64,000 nucleotides of DNA from Pinctada imbricata (lineage: Eukaryota). The DNA lies in contig VSWD01000007.1 in assembly GCA_033119305.1 (NCBI GenBank), forward strand, positions 57,794,741-57,858,740, read 5' to 3'. The position numbers and the translations under genes were made by a program. The notes below the pieces were generated by a model that saw only the letters and a list, made by a program, of their open reading frames with translations, had not been told where the DNA came from and did no database searches. Shown in pieces: positions 49,870-60,210 of the stretch. Each line of letters begins with the position of its first letter. Position 1 is the stretch's first letter.

Positions 49870-51231
49870 CTGAAAAAAAATGAATTAATGCTTTAGTACA
49901 AGTAAACTACAAGAAGTCTCTGAAGAGACTGAAGCTCTCCTGGTTATTGGCTTCAATTAATCTAAGTGACGTCCATTTTCCAAGACCCTAGGGATCAGGG
50001 GCTTAAACAAAATACTATAGTATACCTGAGAGTGATTAATATAAATTATAATGGAAAAAGAATTAAAATCTCTCTATCAATTATACTTTCAGAGAATTGG
50101 TGTTCACAATACATGTATTACCAGTACATGATACATGTAGAGTTATACATGAGTAGGAGAAAATAACCATACCATTTTCCAAGCCCCTGGGGTTAGGAGT
50201 TCAAACAAAGTACCTTAAGATGCACATCTATACCACAGACTGAGAATAATGTAAAAACAAATATCTTTCTATCAATTATACTTTCTGAGAATTGGTGCTC
50301 ACAAGATTACATAGAGCTACATTGGAGAAAATGACCACACCCATTTTCTAAGACCCTGGGGATCAGGGGCTCAAACAAAATATCAGATGTTCATCTAGAC
50401 CACAGATTGAGATTAATGCTAAAAGGATAATCGTTCTGTCAATTATACTTTCTGAGCATTGGTGCTCACAAGATTACATAGAGTTATATAGGAGAAAATG
50501 ACAACACCCATTTTCCAAGACCCTGGGGGTCAGGGGCTCAAACAAAATATCAGGTGCACAACTAGACCACAGGCCCATCATAATGCAAAAAGAATTCATT
50601 TTGTACTATTCACAGATTCAGGATTTGCGCTCACAAGAAAAGTTTAACAGATGGACAGACAGACAGACGGACACCAGACACAGGGCGATTGCATAAGCTC
50701 AACTGGTCTTTGACCAGTAGAGCTAAAAAGGAACTTGTTTCACCAACTCCATTTGTACACATTCAGAAATAAAGTATGAGCAACAAAATGATGTATTGCT
50801 TCACTTCAAAATCCAAATATAAACCTTGAGGTATTTTCACACATTTTCTTGTGACAGGAGAGGAAAACATAATGCTAAAACCATTCTTTTCTACTGTACC
50901 ATTTTTTTAGGTTTTCCCTTCCAGGGAACCTAGCATTGGCCTTTCACTCTCTGGACACCTCACACACAATAGTCTCTTATGTCACTTTGAGTCACTTTGT
51001 CAAGTGTCCATTCACGAGAGGATTAATACATGGTCTGAATTTTGACCCTACAATGAATTTATAGGTATATTGATATATACCTGTAAAGTAATTAATTGAG
51101 AGAAGGGATACCAGTAGCAATAAAAAAAAGGCTTGACATGCACCCTCAAATTGGAAATATGCCATTTACACTCGAGAGTCAGAGACAAAATTTAGGTACC
51201 ATGATGCACAGTAATGGAGGTACCTAAAGCC

Positions 51232-51735
51232 CTGGTCACAACCCGCCTTGTGTTATTTGGACATGCGTGTTTGGAGAGTCTGCGTGTGCTACCTTTTTCT
51301 GAAGATGCAAGGAAGGAAGTGGCAAGTGTACGAAAGGAGTGCGTCAATGCATGTCGCACGTACGGTTATATGGAGTTATTACTTGCATCATATGCTGCAC
51401 ACGTGGCAAGTATGTCATGCGTGCAGAGGTGTGTGCAACTTGCTTACAACGTACGATCTCCGTGCATCTTCCTAGTTATCTTATGTTTAATGGGTGTTGT
51501 ACTTACACATAGCGACGTACTGCTAACGCACGGGTTCCTCACTGCGTTACACAACAAGCGCATTGCACATACTTACAAAGTACTCACAACGTGGATGAAT
51601 CCATAGACCGAACGTAGACAGGATTGCTACGTACTGTCTGAGTGTTTCCATTTATCACTTACTGATAACACATTCACCATGCAGATCTCCAAAGTTTGCG
51701 TACATTTTTGCACGTATGGCGGGTTGTGACCACAG
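51232..51735. mobile_element. MITE-like element of about 500 bp with imperfect TIRs (ctggtcacaacccgcc ... ggcgggttgtgaccacag), CpG-rich
   Basis: The terminal 17-bp inverted repeat extends to about 45 bp imperfectly. It lies 20 bp from the left end of repeat copy B. Confidence 0.4.
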
Positions 51736-51754
51736 CTTATAAAGAGGATAGACT

Positions 51755-54700
51755 ATTGTCCGCGCGGCTCACTTCGGAAACTGGATAAATGCGATTTTGA
51801 CTATTTCATCATGCAAACCTTTTAATAAAATTGAAACCATTCAGTAGATCTCGCTTAGTCTTAAATTTGGTATAAGTTATATGAGAACCTGTGCATGCAA
51901 TCAAAATTAATACTATAACAGACAAAACAAATATTAGATGGGCTATTTCCCATCCTAATTTTTCCTGTGACGTCGTGACACTCTCCACAGGCTCAGTGTT
52001 AAACTTGGTAACGTCAGGCTGAAATTTAAAATTGAAAGCATCCCATCTAAAATTTATATTGTCTGTATAATTTGATTGCATAAACCCTCGACCATGTAAC
52101 AACATATCAAAATTGACCACTTTCCAGTTATGTGCCACCTAGCGGCGAAGTGCTGAAAACAGGGTGTCATGGCTGTACAGACGGGCACAGGCATCTGCCG
52201 CTTCGTTTATTGATGTGTTAATCTCGGGCAGACAGTTCTCTTCTATCTTACTAATTATCGATTATATATGCTAAGATAATCGTTTTAATATGTCTTGATA
52301 TATTCATGTCATGTAAATGTTATGCTTTTGACAAATTTTAATCATTAGTAGCAAAAATTAATCATGTAAAACGGGGCAGTTTCGATATGTTATGGAAGTT
52401 ATTTGCTGTCGATTATATCAAAATATGAGACAAGAAATCATTCATTTGATTAATATAAATGTCAGTTCTTATTACCGACTCCTATATTATACACGTGCAC
52501 CCCGTATATATACACAACCAGTCAATTATAACAGGTGTCATTCAGGTAGATATAGGCGCCTACCTGTCAGCCTGTGTTCATGCATGCTGACACATTGTCT
52601 GGAATGGTCAGAAAAAAATACTAGTACATGTATAAAAATATGTTATTATACTTGTTTTAGAGCGTTTGTGTATTAATATAAAATTTATATTCTTTTTTTC
52701 GACAAAAACCACGAGAAACACGTACCTTTCGACTTTTTTTATTAATATTATTCAGTGCAACACGGGGCATTGAGTTTTATACGCAATCCTACCTTCCCCT
52801 CTTTCCTCAACAGAATTTTAATTTTCATCTATAATCATTCTTATCAAATTTGAAGATGTAAGGAGATTGCTAAGAAAAGAAAGAGAGGCGGTATAAACAC
52901 CATATATCACATTTAAAATAAAGCCTGTGTTTGTGAAACACGAATGCCCCTGGCGGCATCTTTGTTAGTATGAACACTATTTTCTGTTAAGTACATGTAT
53001 GTGAGGTCACTGGGTTAAAAGGTCAAAGGTCAAGGTCACGAGGTCAAAAATGTTGGTATCAATGGAAAGGTCTTGTAACAAGGAATACACATGTGAAATA
53101 TGAAAGCCCTATCACTTACCATTCAAAAGTTATGCCAAATGTTAAAGTTTTTGAAAAGTAGGTCAAAGGTCAAGGTCAAGGTCATGAGGTCAAAAATTTT
53201 GGTATCAATGGAAAGGTCTTGTCACAAGGAATACACATGTGAAATATGAAAGCCCTATCACTTCCCATTCAAAAGTTATGCCCAATGTTAAAGTTTTTGA
53301 AAAGTAGGTCAAAGGTCAAGGTCGAGGTCACGAGGTCAAAAATTTTGGTATCAATGGAAACGACTAAAACATAGTATTTATGGACAAAAGTGTCTCATCA
53401 GGGTAAAAAAGTAACTTTCTTACAGTGCCTTAACATTCTAAGTATCAAAAGTTCAATACTTGAGTCATTAAAATTGATATGCGTTTCGCTTCAGCAGCTG
53501 TTACAAATTATATTTTTTTAAGCTTTTTAAGTACAGGTCAACTTTCGGTTACGGACACTACAGCAGGTATATAACAAATTGTGTAGTGTCCGTAACCATT
53601 AAAATGTGAAAAAATAAAGTTTCAAGTTCAAATAAATACAAGATATTTTTTTATTTAAAACTTGCATATTGAGAAATATAATATTCTTGAATATTCCATT
53701 TTTATTGTAAATGTATCCTCAGATAAAACCCCATGGTTACGGACACTACATATTAGTCATTTTTCACTCTTAACTTCGTAATGCCAAAGTTTTTAAAGAC
53801 ACAACTTATGAATGCCGATATTTGCCAATGTTTCAAACATTGATCGAACACAAGTCTTAAAAAATAACAAGCATTTGCAAATTAGTATGTTTTCAGTATT
53901 TTTCAGGCATATAACCTAACATGACTGCTCTGTTTTTAAGAATTTGACAGAAGCACATGTTTTTGTAATTCAGTCATAACTTATTTAATATTTGGCCTAT
54001 TTTTATAAATCAACCACCAAAATTATGATAGGAAATGTTCTATAAACTTCCGTTAATGTAATTTGAAAACAATCCACAAATAATATATTAATTTTAGTTT
54101 GAAATTATAAAATATTAAAGTGAGACAGCATAACACTAAAAAATGGCTATTTTGGGGACCTTTATATTTTCATAACTTAACAACGAAGTTATGTATCAAC
54201 CTGAAATTTGGTGGCCATTGGGAGTGGTCATTATTACATATTTTAAATAAAAGAAATTAACTGTAAATGCTACAAATTATTTCTAAACTGTATATAACAT
54301 CATAGATTTTAAAACTGGCCAAATACTGTGTTTTAGCCAAAAGGTCTTGTCACAAGGAATACACATGTGAAATATGAAAGCCCTATCACTTCCCATTCAA
54401 AAGTTATGCCCAATGTTAAAGTTTTTGAAAAGTAGGTCAAAGGTCAAGGTCAAGGTCATGAGGTCAAAAATTTTGGTATCAATGGAAAGGTCTTGTCACA
54501 AGGAATACACATGTGAAATATGAAAGCCCTATCACTTCCCATTCAAAAGTTATGCCAAATGTTAAAGTTTTTGAAAAGTAGGTCAAAGGTCAAGATCAAG
54601 GTCACAAGGTCAAAAATTTTGGTATCAATGGAAAGGTCTTGTCACAAGGAATACACATGTGAAATATGAAAGCCCTATCACTTCCCATTGGTGTGTGTTG

Positions 54701-55820
54701 TGGGGGAGGGGGGCTCTTACGCATTTAAAAAGAAATTCTTACTTCACTATTTTTTTTTTCACAGATGTTTCAACCTTATTTCCATTTTGACTCGTTCTTT
54801 GTATGTCTTCTTCTTTCATCCATTTATTAAACCTTCTTTGATTCCTTGAGATTTAAAAAAAGAGCTTTTTGAATATGACATTTTTTTTAGCTAAGATCTT
54901 TAAATCAAAATATATTATCGGATGAAAAAAGAATTGTATCAATTTGAAAAAGGAAGAGAAAAAAAGACGAAATAAATAAAAACAAGATTAGGAAAAAGAT
55001 AATAATTACCGTAAAAACTCTTCCATGTGAACAGGGTGCAATGAGAACGTACACTGCACGTGTACGCTGACCACAGTCCGTGTACATGCAGCAAGTATAT
55101 AATAAGTTAACATATTTAAAAAGTTTACCTATCTAAGTATATTTTTAAATGAAATTTTCTCTGTGAAAATAAGAAGATTGAATTTATTATGAAGATATTC
55201 TTATTGTCCCTCTCCATATATCTTATTTGAAATGGCCGCATGGCCATATCACGCTCTGATGATTTTCACACCTGGCAGGTAATGAATATGCATACCCTGC
55301 ACGGTTGATTGATATGTGTGTACTTGTCAAAACAACGATTTGTTAATTGGAATGATACTTTTTAAGAAAATGGATAAGTGCAATGGACGTACAAATACGA
55401 ATACGAAGACAACCAACGATAATTTGTGATTCATACCACGGAAAAGCTGGTTTTAAATTTACAAATAGATGTTTTAAAAATATGCAGAAAAAATTCATTT
55501 ATAGCATCTTTTTCTTTCAGCAAACATCTATCAATAATAATAAAACTAATTAGTCGGGTAATTTAAAAGACAAATAAGAAATTTCCATCAAAATTAAAAT
55601 ACGTTAACTGATATATAAAGCGATTGAGGCGCGATGCCCGTCTTTACGGCCATGACACCCTGTTTTCAGCACTTCGCCGCTAGGTGGCGCGGAACTGGAA
55701 AGTGGTCAATTTACGACTGGACAAGATCTATTCAGTGATATATATTTTATCTTAATTTTGGCATGACAAAATTATCAAAATTGTGTATATCCACTTTCTG
55801 AAGTGAGCCGCGCGGACAGT
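51755..55820 (+). mobile_element. Copy B of the same repeat family, in inverted orientation relative to copy A; lies within Rab21 intron 1. Bounded by tgtccgcgcggctcact inverted ends and the inverted 85-bp module, with a 1.9 kb satellite-rich internal insert.
   Basis: 51757..51775 is the reverse complement of 55803..55820. 85-bp modules lie at 52101..52190 and 55625..55712. 52190..52760 is the reverse complement of 21400..21975, and 54700..55700 is the reverse complement of 19600..21060. ORF pairs 52392..52676(+) versus 21433..21774(-) and 54905..55087(-) versus 20583..20783(+) have near-identical peptides. Confidence 0.6.
52990..54700. repeat. Two blocks of a 120-bp tandem repeat (52990..53350 and 54340..54700) flanking an AT-rich segment inside repeat copy B. 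Inverted relatives lie at 15540..15730 and 17345..17590.
   Basis: Unit ggtcaaaggtcaaggtcaYgaggtcaaaaattttggtatcaatggaaaggtcttgtcacaaggaatacacatgtgaaatatgaaagccctatcacttcccattcaaaagttatgccMaatgttaaagtttttgaaaagtag. 17345..17590 reads as its reverse complement. Confidence 0.8.
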
Positions 55821-55941
55821 TGACATGGGGTTTTAATCTATCTGATTTCACTGTCACCCCTATTTACATCCTAAACACTCGGCCACGGAACTCTCTCAAT
55901 TACTTTGACAATAAGTCACACAGAGACTTATGCTGAATTAC

Positions 55942-56079
55942 CTGCAGTGTTGTCAAATGTTTGTCGTTGAACTTATTTTCTACATATCGTAGCACTAGTG
56001 ACGTTTTTCCTACACATCCCTCTCCAAGTAGGACAACTTTGAAAGAAAAATTACGTCCACCAGAGCTGGCATTCGCCAT
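55942..56079 (-). CDS. RAB21: Rab21-like GTPase coding exon 1 (start codon, P-loop/G1)
   Basis: Reverse complement reads ATG..CAG|gtaatt. Translates MANASSGGRNFSFKVVLLGEGCVGKTSLVLRYVENKFNDKHLTTLQ, closely matching human RAB21 FKVVLLGEGCVGKTSLVLRYCENKFNDKHITTLQ. Confidence 0.9.
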
Positions 56080-56199
56080 TACAGAGTCTTTTCTTTACCA
56101 AATAAATGAAATCCCTCAGAAGGGTAAAATATATTTCTTTTCACTACGCTTAAGAGATCATGTTACATGCAAATACATTCTTTTTTTCGTCTGATCTTC

Positions 56200-56720
56200 T
56201 GTGGGAATGGCGATTTTCTTGAAAATGACGTCACGATCGGTCACGAGTACTTCCTGTTTTGGTATAGACATCTCGACAACTACTATAGTTCTGTCCATCA
56301 TAACTTTCGAGTGACGGAAAAGTGACGTCACACTGCGAATGCGCATAAAATCACCCGACAAAAAGTTGTTTAAAATCACAAATTCAATATATTGTGTTTA
56401 CTCATTTGCTCTCTTACTCACTCACCAATCCACTAACCCAATCGCCTTTAGTTGGGGGATAAACTCGGTGTTTATCATAATGCATATTGTATGGAAATTG
56501 CTTTATACCTAGAATCTAATGTTTATATCATGGCGAAACTATTAGAATTCATTGAAAGAACCATTGATGAAATGACCCTTCCGAACGCGGGAAAAAATTG
56601 AGAAATTCCATTACGTCACAATGCAATTTCGATGCCGGTTTGACCGAGGTTCGAAGCTTGTTTGTCCGAGGTAAAAGCATTGTGACGTCACGAAATTTGG
56701 CAATTTTCTCTCAATCGGAA
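56200..56720 (-). promoter_or_regulatory. Candidate Rab21 promoter or 5' region containing a cluster of CRE palindromes (TGACGTCA)
   Basis: Three perfect TGACGTCA sites (about 56228, 56322 and 56683) and one half-site (56612) lie within about 470 bp, immediately 5' of Rab21 exon 1 on the minus strand. CpG-containing sequence surrounds them. Confidence 0.4.
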
Positions 56721-57191
56721 GGGTCAATGAGCTCTTATAACTCCTCGATTCTCAATATAAAAGGAGATTTCATAAAGGAGCAAGCAAAATCACGGCTTTT
56801 TCATAGGGCACAGTGAAAATTCTAGAGACACATCCCCCTGTAACCATGGCGGAAATTTGGTCATTTGACCGGTCCGACATCAAGAATTAATTCACTTTTT
56901 TACCCAACATAGTCATTTTACTTGAAAAGTTCCTTCCTTCCTTCTCTTATTTATCATCTCACTCATTACCGGAGCAAACTTCCAGACTGTGTTTTCTCGC
57001 ACATTGGATAGGCTCGTGTGGAATGATCAACGACCGAAACGAGGCGTTAGCCGAGGTTGGGATTTTATCAATCCCACCCTCGACTCATATTTTTCCATCC
57101 GGAACTCAAAGTGGTGCTATATTCTATAAGTCTCACTGCCAAAGCTTGACTTGTTCAAATTGGCAGTGAGCAGGATCCACCACCTCAAACC

Positions 57192-57780
57192 TTTAAGGCC
57201 GACGGGGGACTATATAAGGGGACAGGTAAATGTTCTGTCATTTCCTTACTGTCCACTATAGGGTTAACATCTCTTATTGGTATCTGATTGGTTCTTAATC
57301 CCTTTACCGCTATCAATTTTTGATTGACAGCTTAAAGGCCGGGGTTTTTTTAACGAGTGGTAATTAATATGCACACCTGAGTGATCTTAGCTTGGTAGGC
57401 GTGATAACGCGGCGTCTACTGACCAGTGATATGCCTAGAGACGCACGCGGTTTGTGACATCAAAGATATACCGACAGGTATACTTGATTATGCTAATTAG
57501 ATATACCATAATTTTACCTGTTTGAAGCTGTCAATCAAAAATTGAGAGGGTTATAAAGGATACATAGGACCAATCAGAGTGCGATTAGAGGTGTTAACCC
57601 TACAGCGGTCAGCGAGGAAATTACCTGTCTTCTTTTATAGTCCCCACCCGGCCTTTAATTAAGACAGATGGGACTCGGGTATCTCATCAGCATAATAAAG
57701 GATTACCGGTCGGTTTGTCTTTGATGTAACACGCCGCTCGCAAACGGCGTTGTCTTCAAAGACGGTATACCACGACTATC
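57192..57780. repeat. Nested inverted-repeat (foldback-like) structure: about 150-bp arms at 57195..57350 and 57513..57665 (about 78% identity) plus a second inverted pair around 57441..57485 and 57727..57775. Contains CCAAT-box-like motifs.
   Basis: The arms share tttaaggccg(a/g)..ggggactat(a/-)taa..acaggtaa..ctgtagggttaaca.ctct.attgg...ctgattggt.c.......ctttat..c.ctc.atcaatttttgattgacagctt.aa in opposite orientations. Confidence 0.7.
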
Positions 57781-59007
57781 AAGCTTATGTAATTCAGGAA
57801 CGACTATTAACGACCAGGTGGATCCCAACGTCGGCCATTAAACACTTTTTAACACTGTTCTTCTGAACTTTTATCCCACTCACGAGTCTGACTCTTCTTT
57901 TGTAATTTTGAGCTGTCAACCATCCTATATTCTTGTGACGGGAACACATTATGTTAGGCTATTTTGATACCCCTATTTAATAGTAAGAACCCCATTTTTT
58001 GTATTGATCTACCTGTATAACTTACCTGAGTTCAGATTTAACAGATTTATCGTATATATCTCTCGATAAGGATTTAAATGGTCGTCACTGTACTATATTT
58101 AGATTGTCAGGTGATCCGTAGAGTATATAAAGCGCGACATTGAGCTTGTAAGACGGGGAGCTACCTTTATTGCCGAAGGCAATCAGCTCTCCCTCTCCTC
58201 CTCCTCTCTCTCTCTCTAGCCATGGCTTAGGTTGGGCTCTGATAACTATGGGCAGGGGGGTAGATATTCGGACTTAGGCTAAATATTCTCTCTCTATATA
58301 TGTACGTTTTCTGTTGTATTTGTCGTATCTATGTTGTTTTTATTAAAGTATCTAAATGTTATCCGTTTCCCTAGTCTTCTTTCATGTTAGTCTGTCATGT
58401 AAGGTGTTGGCTACAATATAGAAATCCTTCGGACCTGAAGACAGGCGCCCGCCCCTACCGGGTCCTGTTACAAAATTGGCGAGCCTGCCAGGATTTCTGT
58501 CACTTGTAGTCATCATTTGGACAGATTTTCATGATAGAAGTTTTGGTTTTGTAAAATGTGTAGTGTATGTACATCGTTTTCATAGGAGACGTTTATGATT
58601 TAGTGAGTGTAAACCGAAGTATTTACCCGTGTTAAAAAATCAGTCAAGTGTATACGATACACCTGTACAAATGTAAACGTCTTCAAATTGAATAGCATCA
58701 TTTAAAAACAGTTACAAAGTTGATTATGTACTCACCATACAGGTAAACTGTCAGATAATCACTAGAGCGTAGTTGTAATCTGTGATCATGTAATCGTTAG
58801 TCGAGAAAAGAAATTTCGAACACTCTCGTAAAGAAGATTTGGTTAACTTTTTTTTATTTTTATTTAAGTTTGTATTTTCTTTAAAACATGGATTATGTTA
58901 ACGTTGTTAACTTTGCAATTTTAGATTGGTAAGGTTGACTGCCTAGTTCTTGGTTTACATGTGAAGTTTGAATCTTCGTTGGTTATTTTAGATCTGCGTT
59001 TTCTTGT

Positions 59008-59130
59008 CAGTTATTGGTGGCATGTAAGGCATCAGTGGGATGGTGCATTGTCAAATAATGATGAGTTTTCTGATCATGTATTGGTGGCATGTAAGGCTTC
59101 AGTGGGATGACGCATTGTCAAATACTGATG
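59008..59130 (+). repeat. Tandem duplication of about 62 bp immediately upstream of the DIRS-like element repeat
   Basis: ttggtggcatgtaaggcatcagtgggatggtgcattgtcaaataatgatgagttttctgatcatgta is repeated with a few substitutions. Confidence 0.8.
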
Positions 59131-59415
59131 GGTTATATTCGTGTTTTGGTTATCATGGCTTTTGAGATTCATGGATTGATTTTGTCTATGGCGTATTGGA
59201 GTAAGATTATTATGTTCAGACAATGGGGTTCTGTAGTGGATAATTATAATTATATGGGTAATGTTTGGAGAGTGTTCGATTGTTATTGTAATGAGGCTAG
59301 TCACGTGACGGTCAAGTATATACTAAGATAGCACGAGGTAGTGCGGCACTCTAGGCTCGCTCGCTAGTAGATGTAACGTGGTCAGTGGGTTATATAGGCA
59401 GATTTATACATGTAA

Positions 59416-60210
59416 ATGGCGACCGTCGAAAAATCTATGGATACTGACCACGCTGACGATAGAGTACTCTACGACGGTGGGCTAACAAACGAGGATGCTG
59501 TTTCTTTGTTCAGTACATCTTTAAATAAAGCGTTAGAACGTCAAAAGGAGACTATTGTGAGCGCCATTTCGGAGAAATTCACAAAGGACAGTGCAGGTAC
59601 TGTTTCGCATGTGATTGAGCCTGTAGCTTTCGAATTCAAGCACGAGGGGCATAAAATTCAGTTTTCTTTCAATCAAGAAAGAATTTCAAAGTTATCAGAT
59701 ATTGAGAACTTTATTCGAGACGGTAACTTCGAAAAAGCCTTATCTACTCTTGGTGAACAGAAATCCGCGCTTCAACAAAGAAATAAGATCCTTAAAATTG
59801 CTGATAGACATGGTTGGGACACGGTGCACGAGTATTTGGACGACCCGTTGGCTGACAACAACGAGGATGCTGTTAAGCTTCGCTATGCTGTTGGGCGTGC
59901 TGCACGCAAACGTTCATTCCGCACTAGACCCTATGATAATAGACGTAGAGGCGGCTCATTTTCCGCAAACGACTTTTTTCGTGGCTTTAGCAACACGTTT
60001 AACTCCCAGAATTCCACAAAGCCAATCTATAATCAAGGGAGGCAGTTTGATCCGAGGTTTGGAGTCATGGCAGGATTCCAATTCCCCAGAGACCGTAGTT
60101 GCTACTACTGCAGGCAGACAGGCCACCTCATGCGTGACTGCCCATTCACTAAGGCCCAACCCATCCCCGTACTGTCCAGTTCCACCCCAGCTTCCACAAA
60201 TAAGCAGTAG
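59416..60210 (+). CDS. Retroelement gag-like protein with CCHC zinc knuckle (CYYCRQTGHLMRDC)
   Basis: 264-aa ORF from ATG 59416. The C-terminus has CX2CX4HX4C. The start of the ORF lies inside the direct repeat. Confidence 0.75.
   Translation: MATVEKSMDTDHADDRVLYDGGLTNEDAVSLFSTSLNKALERQKETIVSAISEKFTKDSAGTVSHVIEPVAFEFKHEGHKIQFSFNQERISKLSDIENFIRDGNFEKALSTLGEQKSALQQRNKILKIADRHGWDTVHEYLDDPLADNNEDAVKLRYAVGRAARKRSFRTRPYDNRRRGGSFSANDFFRGFSNTFNSQNSTKPIYNQGRQFDPRFGVMAGFQFPRDRSCYYCRQTGHLMRDCPFTKAQPIPVLSSSTPASTNKQ

Noticed and set aside
56158-56379. 73-aa minus-strand ORF (MILNNFLSGDF...) next to Rab21 exon 1
   Set aside because: No homology. It overlaps the CRE-rich putative promoter or 5'UTR. It is probably a non-coding leader sequence.
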